The position numbers were made by a program, and so were the translations under genes. The notes under the pieces were generated by a model that worked only from the letters and a program-made list of their open reading frames with translations, did no database searches and was not told the DNA's origin. A stretch of DNA of 57,548 nucleotides from Octopus sinensis (Eukaryota): the NCBI RefSeq assembly GCF_006345805.1, contig NW_021833602.1, positions 1 to 57,548 of the forward strand, written 5' to 3'. Of the stretch, positions 1 to 13,032 are shown piece by piece; position 1 is the first letter of the stretch, and every line of letters starts with the position of its first letter.

Positions 1-1070
1 AATAAAGAGTGGAGTGCCCCGGGGAACAGTATTGAAGCTACTGATCTTCATGGTGACTCTTTCAGACAGCTACACTTACTAGCTATACCAACGACACAAA
101 AGCATTACAAGCAGTCAAAAAACCTCCTGATGCTAATCTTCTACAGAAAGACCTAGAGGCTATATATAAATTGCCCCCCCCCCCCAAAAAAAAACAACAG
201 GAATTAAATGCAAGTAAACTCCATGCCCTTTGCTATTAGGAAATTGGTGCTCAGAAGCCGCGACAACGATACGTTGGCCCAAAAGGAGCAGCAATCACTG
301 AATCTCGTATAGTACGAGAACTGGGAATTGATATGAGCAACGATGCTTCGTTTCACATGCATGTCACCAAGAAGGTGTCAGCTTGCAGGCGAATAACCGG
401 ATGAATTCTGACAACTTTGACAACAAGGGTCCAGAAATCTATGCAGGTTTTATGGAGTACATTTTTACTCAGCCGTCTAGACCAGTGCTCTCAACGGTGA
501 TCTCCCTACAATGTCAACTTAGTAGCAGAACTTGAGGCAGTTCAGCGGTGTTACACCATAAAGATTGCATCAATTGAACAGCTGAGCTACTGGGAGAAAC
601 TGAAAGAGTTACGCCTCTGCGCCCTGGAACGAAGGCGGGAGAGGTATGCATTGATATATGTATGGATGATCCTGGAGGGGCTGGCAACATACTTTGGTAT
701 CGATATCCGAACATCCGGACTTGACGTCACTGTACTGTTCCAAAGGTCCGAGTTATCCCGTCTAAGGTGCGAATCATGTACTGCAATAGCTTGGGATTCA
801 AGGGCCCAGAGATATATAGCGGCTTCCCAAAGTATGTGAGGGATCTTTATGGAGTAAGTGTAGATGATTTCATGAAGCAACTTGACCTCCTGATATCCAA
901 GATCCCAGCGGAACTAATATCAAGGCAGCAGACTCAAAAAAAAAAAAAAGGCTGCTGCGTCGAACTGCTTTCTTCATCAAATTTAGTCATTGAAACGGTG
1001 ATTACACAGGCGGTGCTCCAGCATAGCCACAGCCTAAGGTCTGAAACATGTAAAAGGATAAAATAATAAA
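1..1070 (+). mobile_element. Decayed 3' part of a CR1/L2-like non-LTR retrotransposon (end of RT domain, C-terminus, 3' tail)
   Basis: Interrupted frames give a GVP.GTV-like motif at 10-30, VRELGIDMSNDASF and ELEAVQRCYTIKIASIEQLSYWEKLKELRLCALERRRERYA. It is colinear with the LINE at 45050-46120 and ends in ggcggtgctccagcatagccacag...tgaaacatgtaaaagg. Confidence 0.85.
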
Positions 1071-1073
1071 ATA

Positions 1074-1075
<2 letters not shown>

Positions 1076-1152
<77 letters not shown>

Positions 1153-1160
1153 TACATATA
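1076..1160. repeat. (CA)n(TA)n microsatellite
   Basis: Directly visible. Confidence 0.95.
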
Positions 1161-1782
1161 TAAACGCTTCCAGACTGAGCAGTACCAAACCAAGGAGATG
1201 AATAACGAAACAAACTAGTACAAAAGTACATATACACACACCATATATATACATTTATATATATATTTATGTATGTATGTATGTACGTATGTATGTATAC
1301 ACATATTTCAATGCATTATGTATGTATGGAATGATATATGTCTATACATAAAGTCATACATGTATGTGTTTTTATCCAAATGTGTAAGAGTACGACCGTT
1401 TTGTATGTGTTTGTAAGTGTCTGCGTGTTTCTGTCTTTGCGCCTGTATGTTTGTTGTGTGCGTAAGTGTGTATGTGCACGCGCGTTTGGGTGTGTATGTA
1501 TGAGTGTGTGTGTATGTGTATGCGCGCGCATGTTTGCGTGTGTACGTGTGTAAGTGCGATAATGGACGGTCGTTTCGATATACGATACGTTATTCCCTTA
1601 GGAGTAGTTCTGGCACCAAAGTGAAATGTAATTAGAAATATCGTAATGGAATGACAGGAAATGAAACCCACAAAACAATATGTACAAAACAATAGGTCAA
1701 CGATAAGCACATCCACGCATCATCATCGATAACTAACAAGACATACATTTTTAGTAGTCGTTTTATCATTTCTCTTTAAAAG

Positions 1783-1945
1783 TATGCTGCTGGCAAAATT
1801 GTTACCTCTCCGGACCAAATGCTTAACGGTATTCCTTCCGGCTTTGCGAACTAAAATGAATACTAGCTGAGTACTGGATTCGATATAATTGACGAGCCAC
1901 TTCCATCAAAGTTTCGGGCCTTGCGATTATAGCAGAAAGGGTTAT
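1783..1945 (+). mobile_element. Highly decayed SINE family A fragment
   Basis: ctggcaaaattgttacc...aaatgcttaacggtatt and gagtactggattcgatataattgac resemble the family A head and tail. Confidence 0.4.
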
Positions 1946-1971
1946 ATCTGTTTGGTAAGGTGATGAACTGG

Positions 1972-2294
1972 TGGAGGCTCAATCGCCCAGTGGTTAGGGC
2001 AGCAGACTCGCGGTTGGAGGATCACTGTTTCGATTCCCAGACCGGGCGTTGTGTGTGTGTTTATTGAGCGAAAATACCTAAATCTCCACGAGGCTCCGGC
2101 AGGGTGGTGGTGTCCGCGACCCCTGTTGTATTCTTTCGCCCCAACATTCTCTCACTCTCTCTTCCTGTTTCTTGAGTAACGCTACGATGGACTGGCATCT
2201 CGTCCAGCTGGGAGGAACACATACTCCACAGAAACCGTGAAACCGGGCCCATGAGCCTGGCTAGGCTTGAAAAGGACGCTTAAAATAATAAATA
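1972..2294 (+). mobile_element. tRNA-derived SINE, family B, with 15-bp TSD
   Basis: Box A gcccagtggttag, box B gtttcgattccc, A-rich tail. aaggtgatgaactgg is duplicated at 1957-1971 and 2295-2309. The head matches 21333-21520. Confidence 0.85.
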
Positions 2295-2515
2295 AAGGTG
2301 ATGAACTGGCAGTATCGTAACTGTACTGGACAAATGCTTAGCAGCATTTTTCTGGCTAGTTACGTTTTGAGTTTAAAATGCCGCCAAAATCAACTTTGCC
2401 TTTTATCCTTTTAGGGTCGGTAATGTGAGTACCAGTTCAACAGCGAGATTGATTACATAGAGTTTCTCCCCGCTCCCACAAAATTGCTGGCCTTGTATAA
2501 AAAACTGGAACCTTT
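2295..2515 (+). mobile_element. Decayed SINE family A
   Basis: aaggtgatgaactggcag head and ctttgccttttatccttttagggtcggtaa central domain. Confidence 0.6.
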
Positions 2516-2599
2516 TGAAAAATTATCTCTGTTCCGTGATAGTCCTTGACCGATAGATTTTGCAGAAAGTTTTTATTACAGGGAATGTCTCATATATAT

Positions 2600-2820
2600 A
2601 ATAATCCTTTCTACTGAAGGCACAAGGCCATGAAAATTTGGGGGAGGGGACTAGTCGATTATATCGACGCCAGTGTTTCACTGGTACTTAATTTATAGAC
2701 CCCGAAAGGATGAAAAGCAAAGTCGACCTCGGCGGAATTTGAACTCAGAACGTGCAGTAGACGAAATATCGCTAAACATTTCGTCCGGCGCGCTAACGAT
2801 TCTGGCAGCTCATCGCCTTT
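2600..2820 (-). mobile_element. SINE family A (short-tail subtype)
   Basis: Reverse complement of ggcgatgagctgccagaatcgttagc...gagttcaaattccgccgaggtcgactttgcttttcatcctttcggg. Confidence 0.85.
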
Positions 2821-3034
2821 CTCGAGTAAATGATAAGAGCTCCCAGTTGTTGCTGAAGGCCAGCAGTTTTGAAGAGCTGTGGGTAGTCGATACAATTTAA
2901 CCCGGTACTTAATTTCTACTTTAATAACGGAATTCGAATTCAGATCGTAAGGCATCAGAAGAAATAATACTATATATTTCGTACGAGGCTCTAATGATTC
3001 TACCTATTTATAACTTTTCCATATATTTTATAAT

Positions 3035-3240
3035 TCTTTCTACTGTAGACACACGGCTTGAAATTTGTGGGGAGGGAGCGGGTCAGTTACGCGGACCCCG
3101 GTATTGGACTGGTACTTACTTTCTCGACTCCGAGAGGGCAAAAGGTGAAGTCGGCCTTGACAGAATTTCATTAGTGAGTGGAAAACCAGAAGAAAAGCGC
3201 TGAGCTTTAACCAGCGTGCTGTTGCTGACCAGTGTGCCAG
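3035..3240 (-). mobile_element. Decayed SINE family A
   Basis: Partial match to 2600-2820 (gaaatttgtggggaggg, actggtacttactttctcgactccgagaggg). Confidence 0.5.
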
Positions 3241-3784
3241 CTGATAATGTGTCTGATAATGGAGAAGCGATATGGATATGAAGCAGGTGTTCGTGGACAG
3301 ACGTTAGACTTTGCAATGTGGCGCGCGGTTAATATATCAGCCAAACATTCTAGGAATCTTGTATTATCAATGTATTATCGTATCGATTACAAAGTAATTA
3401 GTTTTGCTCTGATGGAATAGTCAGAGAATCTATTTCACCGATTTACATTCTGTAAACTGTTTGGCTTCGTATCACATATTTCAGTATAGAGACTTTATAT
3501 ACATTACATTTATATAACTTTCTATGAAATTTGGGATGCTCATGTTGCTGTTGTTGTTGTTGCTATTACTTAAACCAAGATCAGTCGTGATCAAGCAGAA
3601 CTATTATCAGAGGGGTACTTAACATGGTCACTCCATTGTTCTTTACATATATAACATAATTAAAGAGGGAAAATATTATAGTTGTAGAATAATTCTTGAC
3701 ATCTACTTTTACCAGATGTGGCATCAAATTAGAGCTCTCCTTGTTGGCTTGATCTTGAGTTGTAGAAATTTGTGCATGTGTGTA

Positions 3785-3897
3785 TGTATGTATTTTTGTT
3801 TGTATGTATGTATGTATGTATGTATGTATGTATGTATGTATGTATGTATGTATGTATGTATGTATGTATGTTGTTTGTATGTATGTATGTATGTATA
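3785..3897. repeat. (TATG)n microsatellite
   Basis: Directly visible; another copy at about 4397-4462. Confidence 0.95.
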
Positions 3898-3920
3898 ACA
3901 TTATTCAGTTTCGTTTATTT

Positions 3921-4125
3921 ATTTCTTGTCAATAGAGAAGAGCCGGTTTCTAATCTAGATCCAAGGCTCCTTCACTGCAATTTCTACAACGTCTACACAG
4001 TATTTTTGCATGTAAGTCGTTTCTCAGTTTTATTTCAAGATTTCTTGCCAATAGAGAAAGAGCCAGTTTCTAACCGAGATCCAAGGCGCCCTCGTTGGAA
4101 TTTCAACACTAAAACAGTATTTTAG
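3921..4125. repeat. Two diverged tandem copies of a ~119-bp unit
   Basis: atttcttg(t/c)caatagaga...ttctaa.c.agatccaaggc...acagtatttt starts at 3921 and at 4040. Confidence 0.8.
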
Positions 4126-5867
4126 TGTGTGGGTATGTATATGTACAAATTTGTATGTTTTGTTTTATGTATATATTCTCATGCCTAGAGTTGCATCTCT
4201 AGACATGATGATATATACTTAAATGATAAACTTCTGGTAAGATTTACAGAGTTTTACATTTCCAGTGATGGACTTGATCTGTAATCTTCAAATGAGCTTT
4301 CTATTTTCTCACACTCTATTTCATATTCCTGTGCCTCAATAATTACATATATATACCTGAACTACCGGTCTGGATTTATTAACTGCAGATTTCTCAGTAT
4401 GTATGTATGTATGTATGTATGTATGTATGTATGTATGTATGTATGTATGTATGTATGTATGTAGCGCATGTACGCACGGTTGTATATATAAATACTATGT
4501 ACATACATACATAAATTCAATAGAAAGGATACAAATGACAATCCAATAATTTATTTATATTATAACATAATTACTATGAATATAACATAAACCATTATTT
4601 ATAAAAACAAAAAAGCCATCAATTTGTTTCGACTTATATACATTTTTTATATATAAACAATTCAATTCCCTTATATATATATAAGCCTCATTAGGGCAAT
4701 TGGCGTGTAGATAGACGAAATTCCACGTGAAAGAATTACTTAAGTAAAATTATACACCCATTTGAAGGATTTGTTCCCTTTTTTTGTTACCTTATATAAA
4801 TACATACATATGAACAGTTACATAAATTCATATTTCATATTCAGAGAAATGATTATTTGTAAGAGATTGTAAATATAATCTAGTGATATCTATGCCTGCC
4901 TTCAAGAACATAAAATTAGGGAATTTTAATAGTAGAAACTCTGGTCGTTGACTATGTTCAGCAGCGCATATACTTAGTGACATTTAATATCCTTCCAGAA
5001 ATATATTATAATTAATTCTACTCAAAAACAATTTACAAGTTGTTGCATACTGACGAATATCAGTAAATTAAGTTTATGCCTTTCCTTGTAATCTTATATC
5101 AACATTGGAATTAATTTGCAAAATGGAAAGCCCAAACCAGCTTACGCAATACGAATTGATTTATTTTGATCGTACTCTGATCAAGTTAGTTAAATTAATA
5201 ATATGGTAAATATATCATTTGAAGTGTTTATATACTGTCCAATCAGGAAATTTATCACTACAAGTTATATCATTTTATGCAGTGATTGGGAAATTAATTA
5301 TTATAAGTATGTTTATTTCTGTTGGTTTAAAATTGCAACGTAAAATAAATGTCATGTAATGTTTAAAGCAGAAAATCTGCTTTTGATTAAAATTAATTTA
5401 ATATATTTGTAATTTCTTCTTTGAAACCTACTGTCCGCTTTATTTTATCCATGTAATGTTTGAGACACTACAACGATGCTATTTATAATACAGTGATCAA
5501 TGAAGACGCATTTATGTGGCAGCTCTTTCTGCCAGAAATAGTAGACAAGGCTCCCTTCAGTCATATTCTCTGTCGACTAAATGAAAGAAAGCAAACATTA
5601 TGCAATGTAGTCCGATGACGGTATTGTTACCACTGGAGCACCCCTGACGATGATTCGGCTCCGTCCAGTTTGACCTGAGTTAAAACAATAATATGAAACA
5701 AAAACTATAGTGTCAACAACAACTTTGAGCGAAACAGTTTCTATGGCGTCGTTTGCTTCACTGGAAATGGAAACATAACTCTTGCCTCATACAATACCTC
5801 TTAAAAACCGGAAACCCTTATTGAACAACATAGTTTGTCATATTAGAATATACTCAGTGGAATCATT

Positions 5868-6200
5868 TTATCTTTTACTTGTTACAGTCATTGGACTGCG
5901 ACTACTCAGAGGTACCACTGTGGAGAGTCTTATTCGAACAAATCGACCGCAGTACTTATGATTTTGTTTAAAGCTTGGTACTTATTCTATCCTTATGTTC
6001 TGTCGAATCGCTAAGTGACAGGAAGGTAAATAAACCAGCACCAGCAGTCAAGAGGTGTGATCATCACACTTGGATGGGTTTCCACTGCTTTTCCGTCAAC
6101 CGAATTCATTCACAATTCATTTGACAGACCTGCCCAAGAATTTACTCTTTGGTATTGAACCTGAAACTACTTGATTACAAATCAAGCTTCTTAACCACAT
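5868..6200 (-). mobile_element. Decayed SINE family C
   Basis: ttttacttgttacagtcattggactgcg tail, cttggtacttattctatc, and head remnants near 6160-6200. Confidence 0.55.
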
Positions 6201-7693
6201 ATCTGTGCCTGTCCTTATAGTGAACTCTGGGCTAATAACCCTCTGTATCCGCCTGCAGAGTATAAATTTATGTTATTGAGTATATCTCCTGTTAATTTCA
6301 TAAGCCATACACTTCCATACTGATTCAGGGCATTTGGGAATCCGGTATTTGGAATTTTCCTCCTCCTGGATTGATTGATTTCGCTATGGCTAAGGAGCTC
6401 AATCTACCTTCGCAAAAATCTATTTAAACCATAGATGGGATCCTAACCACTACTATCGTTCAGGATCCAGAACAGATCTGGGGTTAGTGATAATTAAGGA
6501 GTAACTCTACGCTCCCTACAACCCCAGAAACCCAAAATGAAGTCTCACCACCGGGTACAGGTTAATTTTATATCCAGGCCCTGGGGATAAACGAACAACT
6601 TCAGCCAACATAATTTTATCATGACATATTGCTGTAAATGACCCCGGGATTAATGGGCAAATATTTAGTTATCATTCCGTTGTGTCTACGGAGAGTCATT
6701 ATACCAATATCATTAACACACACACTGGTTCACTTCCACTTCTTTCTTAGTATTAAATTGGTTAAATATCCAACTAACTCATCGATTGTTTAATTTATTT
6801 TTGTTTGTCAACGAAAGAGCTTTGACAAAGACAAAGCAAATTAAACATTTAATTAGTTAGTTGAATAATTAACCAAGTGACAAATAATAAAGGAGTAGAT
6901 TTGAAACAGTGTATGTGTTAATTACATTGGCTTAAAGACTCTCCCTGGACACAACAAAATTTGTTTAAACACACGAATTCACATAATGAATCTTGCAAAC
7001 CAGATATAAAAACGAAGTGCTTATCAGTTCATAACCACTAATAATAATTTAATCTTGACCTCGTCTATTTCGTTTCCCATCTTAACACTTTTTCCTTTCA
7101 TACTGTTAACCTACGAGTCTACCTACAAATTCTAACACGCAATAAATTGATCTTTACGTTAATTAAACCTACCAGAGACTAAACTTATTTCCCGTTATAC
7201 CAGGAGATAACATAAACAATTACGAGCGTAGTTTCTCGTCATTAACCGAATATAGCTTCTATAAAAAATAATATATCTTAAAATGAAAACCTGAAACACA
7301 GACATTACCAATAATGTGTTACGGGTGGAATCTATAATACGTAAACACAAAATATTTATTGATTCGGAAGAGTAAATCGTTTAATTATCACTGCATGTTG
7401 TCTGTAATTACTTTATTAATAATTATCCATGTGTGTAGAAAGACGTTAAATCGAATTTTGGCATGTTTATATATAGAATTATTGCAGGTCTAGAAACTGT
7501 CTTTATTATTTTATCTTTTAATTACTTTATCAAATTATCAAATTCATTCACTTATTTCTGAGTATCTAAACGTGGCTAACACCATGATGTCTCTCCGCCA
7601 CTCACTCTTATTTACTCTCTCTTTCTCTCTCGTATACACACACACATATGATTGTATATATGTGAATGCGTGTATATACATCCGCTCACTCTC

Positions 7694-7764
<71 letters not shown>

Positions 7765-7770
7765 TATACA

Positions 7771-7990
7771 TTCTTTTATTTGTTCCAGTAATTTCACAGC
7801 GGTCACCATAGAACACCGCCTTTAGTCGAACAAATCAACCGCAGGACTTATTCTTTGTAAGCCTAGTACTTATTCTATCGTTTTCTTTCGCCGAACCGCA
7901 AATTTACGAGGACGTATACATACTAACAGTTGTTGTCAAGCGATGATGATGGGACAAACACAGACACACAAACACACACATATATACATA
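7771..7990 (-). mobile_element. SINE family C, 3' half
   Basis: caccgcctttagtcgaacaaatcaaccgcaggacttattctttgtaagcctagtacttattctatc...tgtcaagcgatg matches 51379-51600. Confidence 0.75.
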
Positions 7991-8854
7991 CATACATACA
8001 CACATATATATATAAATATATATGTGCGTGACTATATATACGTACGTATATATATATGTATATCAGTGTCTATGTATGTATACATATATACGTGTGTGTA
8101 TTAGGTGTGTGCCTATTTTACTCTCAGGTTTCACTGGACAATGCTTCTTGAATAAACACAACTCACGACGAACGGTGCAATGATTCATCGTAATCGTCAT
8201 GACGATCAACATCATCAGTAGCAACAGAGAAAACGAAACTACAATACATCCAATGGAAGAAGTTCGCAAGTATATAATTAATGCGAAGATCAATAAATAA
8301 CGTGAGCTTGAAATTGAACCCGTCTTGGAAGGATGTCTTCAAGTCTTAACTCTAACTCTGGAGAATTCACCAGATGAAACAGGATGAGATATGAAGAGAA
8401 ATTTACGAGACTAGTGAACACACATCGTTTGTATGTGATGAATGCCACCGCTGCAAACTTTCTTAATTATTACTGAAACACAGCCTAAGGGTTATTGTTA
8501 CCAAAATACGTGTAATAAAACTCTATGACGCCCATTGTTTTCTCAACATAATCTAATGTAAATAGTATAAAGGTACACGGAATAACAATCCTTTGGTGCA
8601 AAGACAGGTGTCTAGGCAGTGTATTAGAACATGTTTTGTGTCACCAGGCGATCTTCAAGATCTGTGCTCGGAGCTTAGGATCGCTTGCAGGCACAAGGCG
8701 TGTTATAAAAACCTGACTTTACACGTCTCTTCACAGGAAGAATTTATTAGTAGCTAGTAACTTTATTCTGTGTACATTAAATTATATTTAACTGCCACTG
8801 GGTGGAGTACAGTGTTTGGGAACTGTTAACTATCTATCTATCTATCTATCTATA

Positions 8855-8933
<79 letters not shown>

Positions 8934-8947
8934 ATGATTATATATAT

Positions 8948-9185
8948 AAATTATAATTAAGGGTATCTAAGAGATACCACCATGCTTGAAATAACAGTCA
9001 AAATTGATTCTATAATCACAGTAAATGTTCATACAGCACCAGGAGAAGATACAAAAACACAAAAACACGAAATAAACTAGCAAAAAAAAATTACTGGATA
9101 ATTCCAGATCCTGGATTTCTGACTCTGCATAAGAAATTCTCTGCCTTAATCAATGGAATATACACAGATAGCACATAAATACACT

Positions 9186-9235
<50 letters not shown>

Positions 9236-9383
9236 GTATATATATATTTATATTTATATATATATATACACAACATACGAATACTTTCATATACGAACGG
9301 AAACATACATATATATTTTAGAGTCAAGTTTTACTGCTGTTTCAAGCATGGTGGTATCTCTTAGATGCCCTTAATTATAATTT
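8948..9383. repeat. ~64-bp inverted repeat pair (8948-9011 / 9320-9383), probably Penelope-like terminal fragments
   Basis: aaattataattaagggtatctaagagataccaccatgcttgaaa pairs with tttcaagcatggtggtatctcttagatgcccttaattataattt. Confidence 0.7.
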
Positions 9384-9463
9384 TAATAATAATTATTACC
9401 TTTTGAGGTTTTTATTCCCATGCTGGCCACCTGATAGGATCGGTATTTGAATAACGATCTTAC

Positions 9464-9523
<60 letters not shown>

Positions 9524-9524
<1 letters not shown>

Positions 9525-11504
9525 CAACAATTGAGGGCAAAATTAATTATTATTAATCATTTCACCAAGTGTTCAGTATGCAAAGGGACCATTCAAGGCG
9601 AATTCAAATTATTACATTATATAAAAGGGCTTAGTAATAAATTACTTTGCCGCATACTGAACTCATTAGAAATAGCAGCTAAAAAACTTTTTTAAAGCTA
9701 TTTCCAATACTTAAAGAAAATCTCTCTCATATATAGTGTTTGCTAATTCAACTCACAAAAGTTTGGGGGTAAGGACATCGAAAAATCAAATGCTAAGGTT
9801 ATTTGAGAACGTACGTTTCAAGATTAGTCAAAACAACACTTCTATCATCAGCTCAGAAATTCCTTGGTTTGGATTTGGAAACACTGAAAATAAGAACATA
9901 CCCTTTCGAAGATCTGCTCGTAACTAACAGTGCCAACAAATTCAAATAAGCAAGCGAAGAATCTCTGTTCTCCCTTTCCACCAGCGTGGTGTTAAAATCA
10001 TCAAACACTATGCTTATTTCGGTAAAATCCGAAGCATTAATCAAAGGGAGATTAATTATAATTTCAACAATTGAGAGCAAAATTAATTAATTATTAATCA
10101 ATTTCACCAAGTGTTCAGTATGCAAAGGGACCATTCAAGGCGAATTCAATTATTACATTATATAAAAGGGCTTAGTAAAATAAATTACTTTGCCGCATAC
10201 TGAACTCATTAGAAATAGCAGCTAAAAAACTTTTTTAAAGCTATTTCCAATACTTAAAGAAAATCTCTCTCATATATAGTGTTTGCTTAATTCACTCACA
10301 AAAATGGGGGTAAGGACATCGAAAAATCAAATGCTAAGGTTATTTGAGAACGTACGTTTCAAGATTAGTCAAAACAACACTTCTATCATCAGCTCAGAAT
10401 TCCTTGGTTGGATTTGGAAACACTGAAAATAAGAACATACCCTTTCGAAGATCTGCTCGTAACTAACAGTGCCAACAAATTCAATAAGCAAGCGAAGAAT
10501 CAGAGGGAGATAATTATAATTGTTGAAATTATAATTAATCTCCCTCTGATTAATGCTTCGGATTTTACCGAAATAAGCATAGGTTTTGATGATTTTAACC
10601 CACGCTGGTGAAAGGGGAGAACAGAGATTCTTCGCTTGCTTATTTGAATGTTGGCACTGTGTTAGTTACGAGCAGATCTTCGAAAGGGTATGTTCTTATT
10701 TTCAGTGTTTCCAAATCCAAACCAAGGAATTTCTGAGCTGATGATAGAAGTGTTGTTTTGACTAATCTTGAAACGTACGTTCTCAAATAACCTTAGCATT
10801 TGATTTTTCGATGTCCTACCCCCAAACTTTTGTGAGTTGAATTAAGCAAACACTATATATGAGAGAGATTTTCTTTAAGTATTGGAAATAGCTTAAAAAG
10901 TTTTTTAGCTGCTATTTCTAATGAGTTCAGTATGCGGCAAAGTAATTATTTTACTAAGCCCTTTTATATAATGTAATAATTTGAATTCGCCTTGAATGGT
11001 CCCTTTGCATACTGAACCACTTGGTGAAATTGATTAATATTAATTAATTTTGCCCTCAATGGTGAATTATAATAATCTCCTCTGATTAATGCTTCGGATT
11101 TTACCGAAATAAGCATAGTGTTTGATGATTTTAACCACGCTGGTGGAAAGGGAGAAACAGAGATTCTTCGCTTGCTTATTTGAATTTGTTGGCACTGTTA
11201 GTTACGAGCAGATCTCGAAAGGGTATGTTCTTATTTTCAGTGTTTCCAAATCCAAACCAGGAATTCTGAGCTGATGATAGAAGTGTTGTTTTGACTAATC
11301 TTGAAACGTACGTTCTCAAATAACCTTAGCATTTGATTTTTCGATGTCCTTACCCCCAAACTTTTGTGAGTTGAATTAAGCAAACACTATATATGAGAGA
11401 GATTTTCTTTAAGTATGGAAATAGCTTTAAAAAAGTTTTTTAGCTGCTATTTCTAATGAGTTCAGTATGCGGCACAAGTAGTAATTTATTTTACTAAGCC
11501 CTTT

Positions 11505-11511
<7 letters not shown>
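9524..11511. repeat. ~2-kb palindrome: two head-to-tail 540-bp units followed by two inverted units, between (TA)n arrays
   Basis: Units start tcaacaattgag at 9524 and 10064. The symmetry centre is at about 10521-10527 and reverse-complement copies run to about 11511. Confidence 0.92.
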
Positions 11512-11569
<58 letters not shown>

Positions 11570-11614
11570 AGAGAGAGAGAGGGAGAGAGAGAGAGAGAGA
11601 TAGAGCGAGAGGAT

Positions 11615-11670
<56 letters not shown>

Positions 11671-11867
11671 TATATCCGTCGCTTTAGAAAGATTTTTGAT
11701 CTGTGCCTGGAGAATTTTGTGTGAAGATAAATACATACATACATACATACATACATACACACACACATACATACATACATACATACATACACACCACACA
11801 TACATACATACATTACATACATACACACACACATACATACATACATACATACATACATACATACATA

Positions 11868-11914
<47 letters not shown>

Positions 11915-11935
11915 TATATATATATATATATATAT
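11505..11935. repeat. Compound microsatellite (TA, GA, GATA, CATA)
   Basis: Directly visible; source of several spurious ORFs. Confidence 0.95.
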
Positions 11936-12744
11936 TGCGCCGCACCTTCGAAATTGAAACGCTTCGAGGGTTCCATATCCGAAAACTTTAAATATCTTTC
12001 CACTTCATTCGTATTAAAGAAGTCGAAAGAATTACAACATCAAGAACAAAATCGGTAGGTCTGGTAATGCCCATACCATAAATGTGGGGGTAAGAGGACC
12101 GGCTATCGTTCAGTAGACGAAATGACAAAAATAAAGCGATGTTTGTTTATGTGAGTCTATAATTGGTCTATGACAACAGACATCAATATTGGGCTATAAA
12201 GTAATAATATTCGTTTGAAGTACGAAAATATTCGCTCCATACAATATATTACATTCAATATGTATACTATTAGCTTACATTATTATAACTAAACAGTGCC
12301 AAATTACACTTCCGTAAACTAAATTGAACGCTGCAATAACTCAAGGCGGTTAGAACTGAATATTCTGTATTGACGTGTTCTCTAAACCTGTTTACAAAAT
12401 TAACAAAAACTCTGTCAACAAAACAATAACATTTCCTGTATCGACTGTAAGAAGACGGCGTCTGCAACCTTCACCTAAAACTCGATGAAATTTGTTTTAT
12501 TATTTTTATGAAAAATATTTCGCAATTTATTTTTTGCATAATAATTTTTGTCAATAAATGAGCATCGTAAAAATAGACTTGTGTATTTTTGTTAGTCTTT
12601 CATTTGATCATGTCTAAAAAAAAATTACCCTGATGAAAATTTTGGATTTACATTCTTCAGGTTTCGTTTCGCTTGATTCTCTATTTACCTTTCTTATTTT
12701 CTTTTACAGCTTTTGATGAGTGACGTTTATGTAATATCTTTTTC

Positions 12745-12955
12745 TTTTATGTTTTATTGGTTTCAATCATTTGAATATGGCCATGCTGGGGCACCGCGTT
12801 GAGACTCCAGTGCTTAGTTTCATAAACCCTGGTACTTATTCTATCGATTGATTTTTCCGAATAGCTAAGTTACAAGGACGCAAACACATCGAACCCTGTT
12901 GTCAAGCGATGATGGTGGATACGAAACACACACACAGACACACACGCACATACAC

Positions 12956-13032
<77 letters not shown>

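Noticed and set aside
9524-11511. Possible CRISPR-like or protein-coding array
   Set aside because: Units are 540 bp with no unique spacers. ORFs are short and differ between copies by frameshifts. I could not assign the peptide (e.g. FLGLDLETLKIRTYPFEDLL) to any family.
11427-12058. Overlapping ORFs of 84-172 aa
   Set aside because: YI, CM and HT runs come from TA, TATG and CATA microsatellites
12680-12735. Polypyrimidine tract plus AG acceptor
   Set aside because: No convincing donor or coding frame follows; such tracts are common in AT-rich DNA
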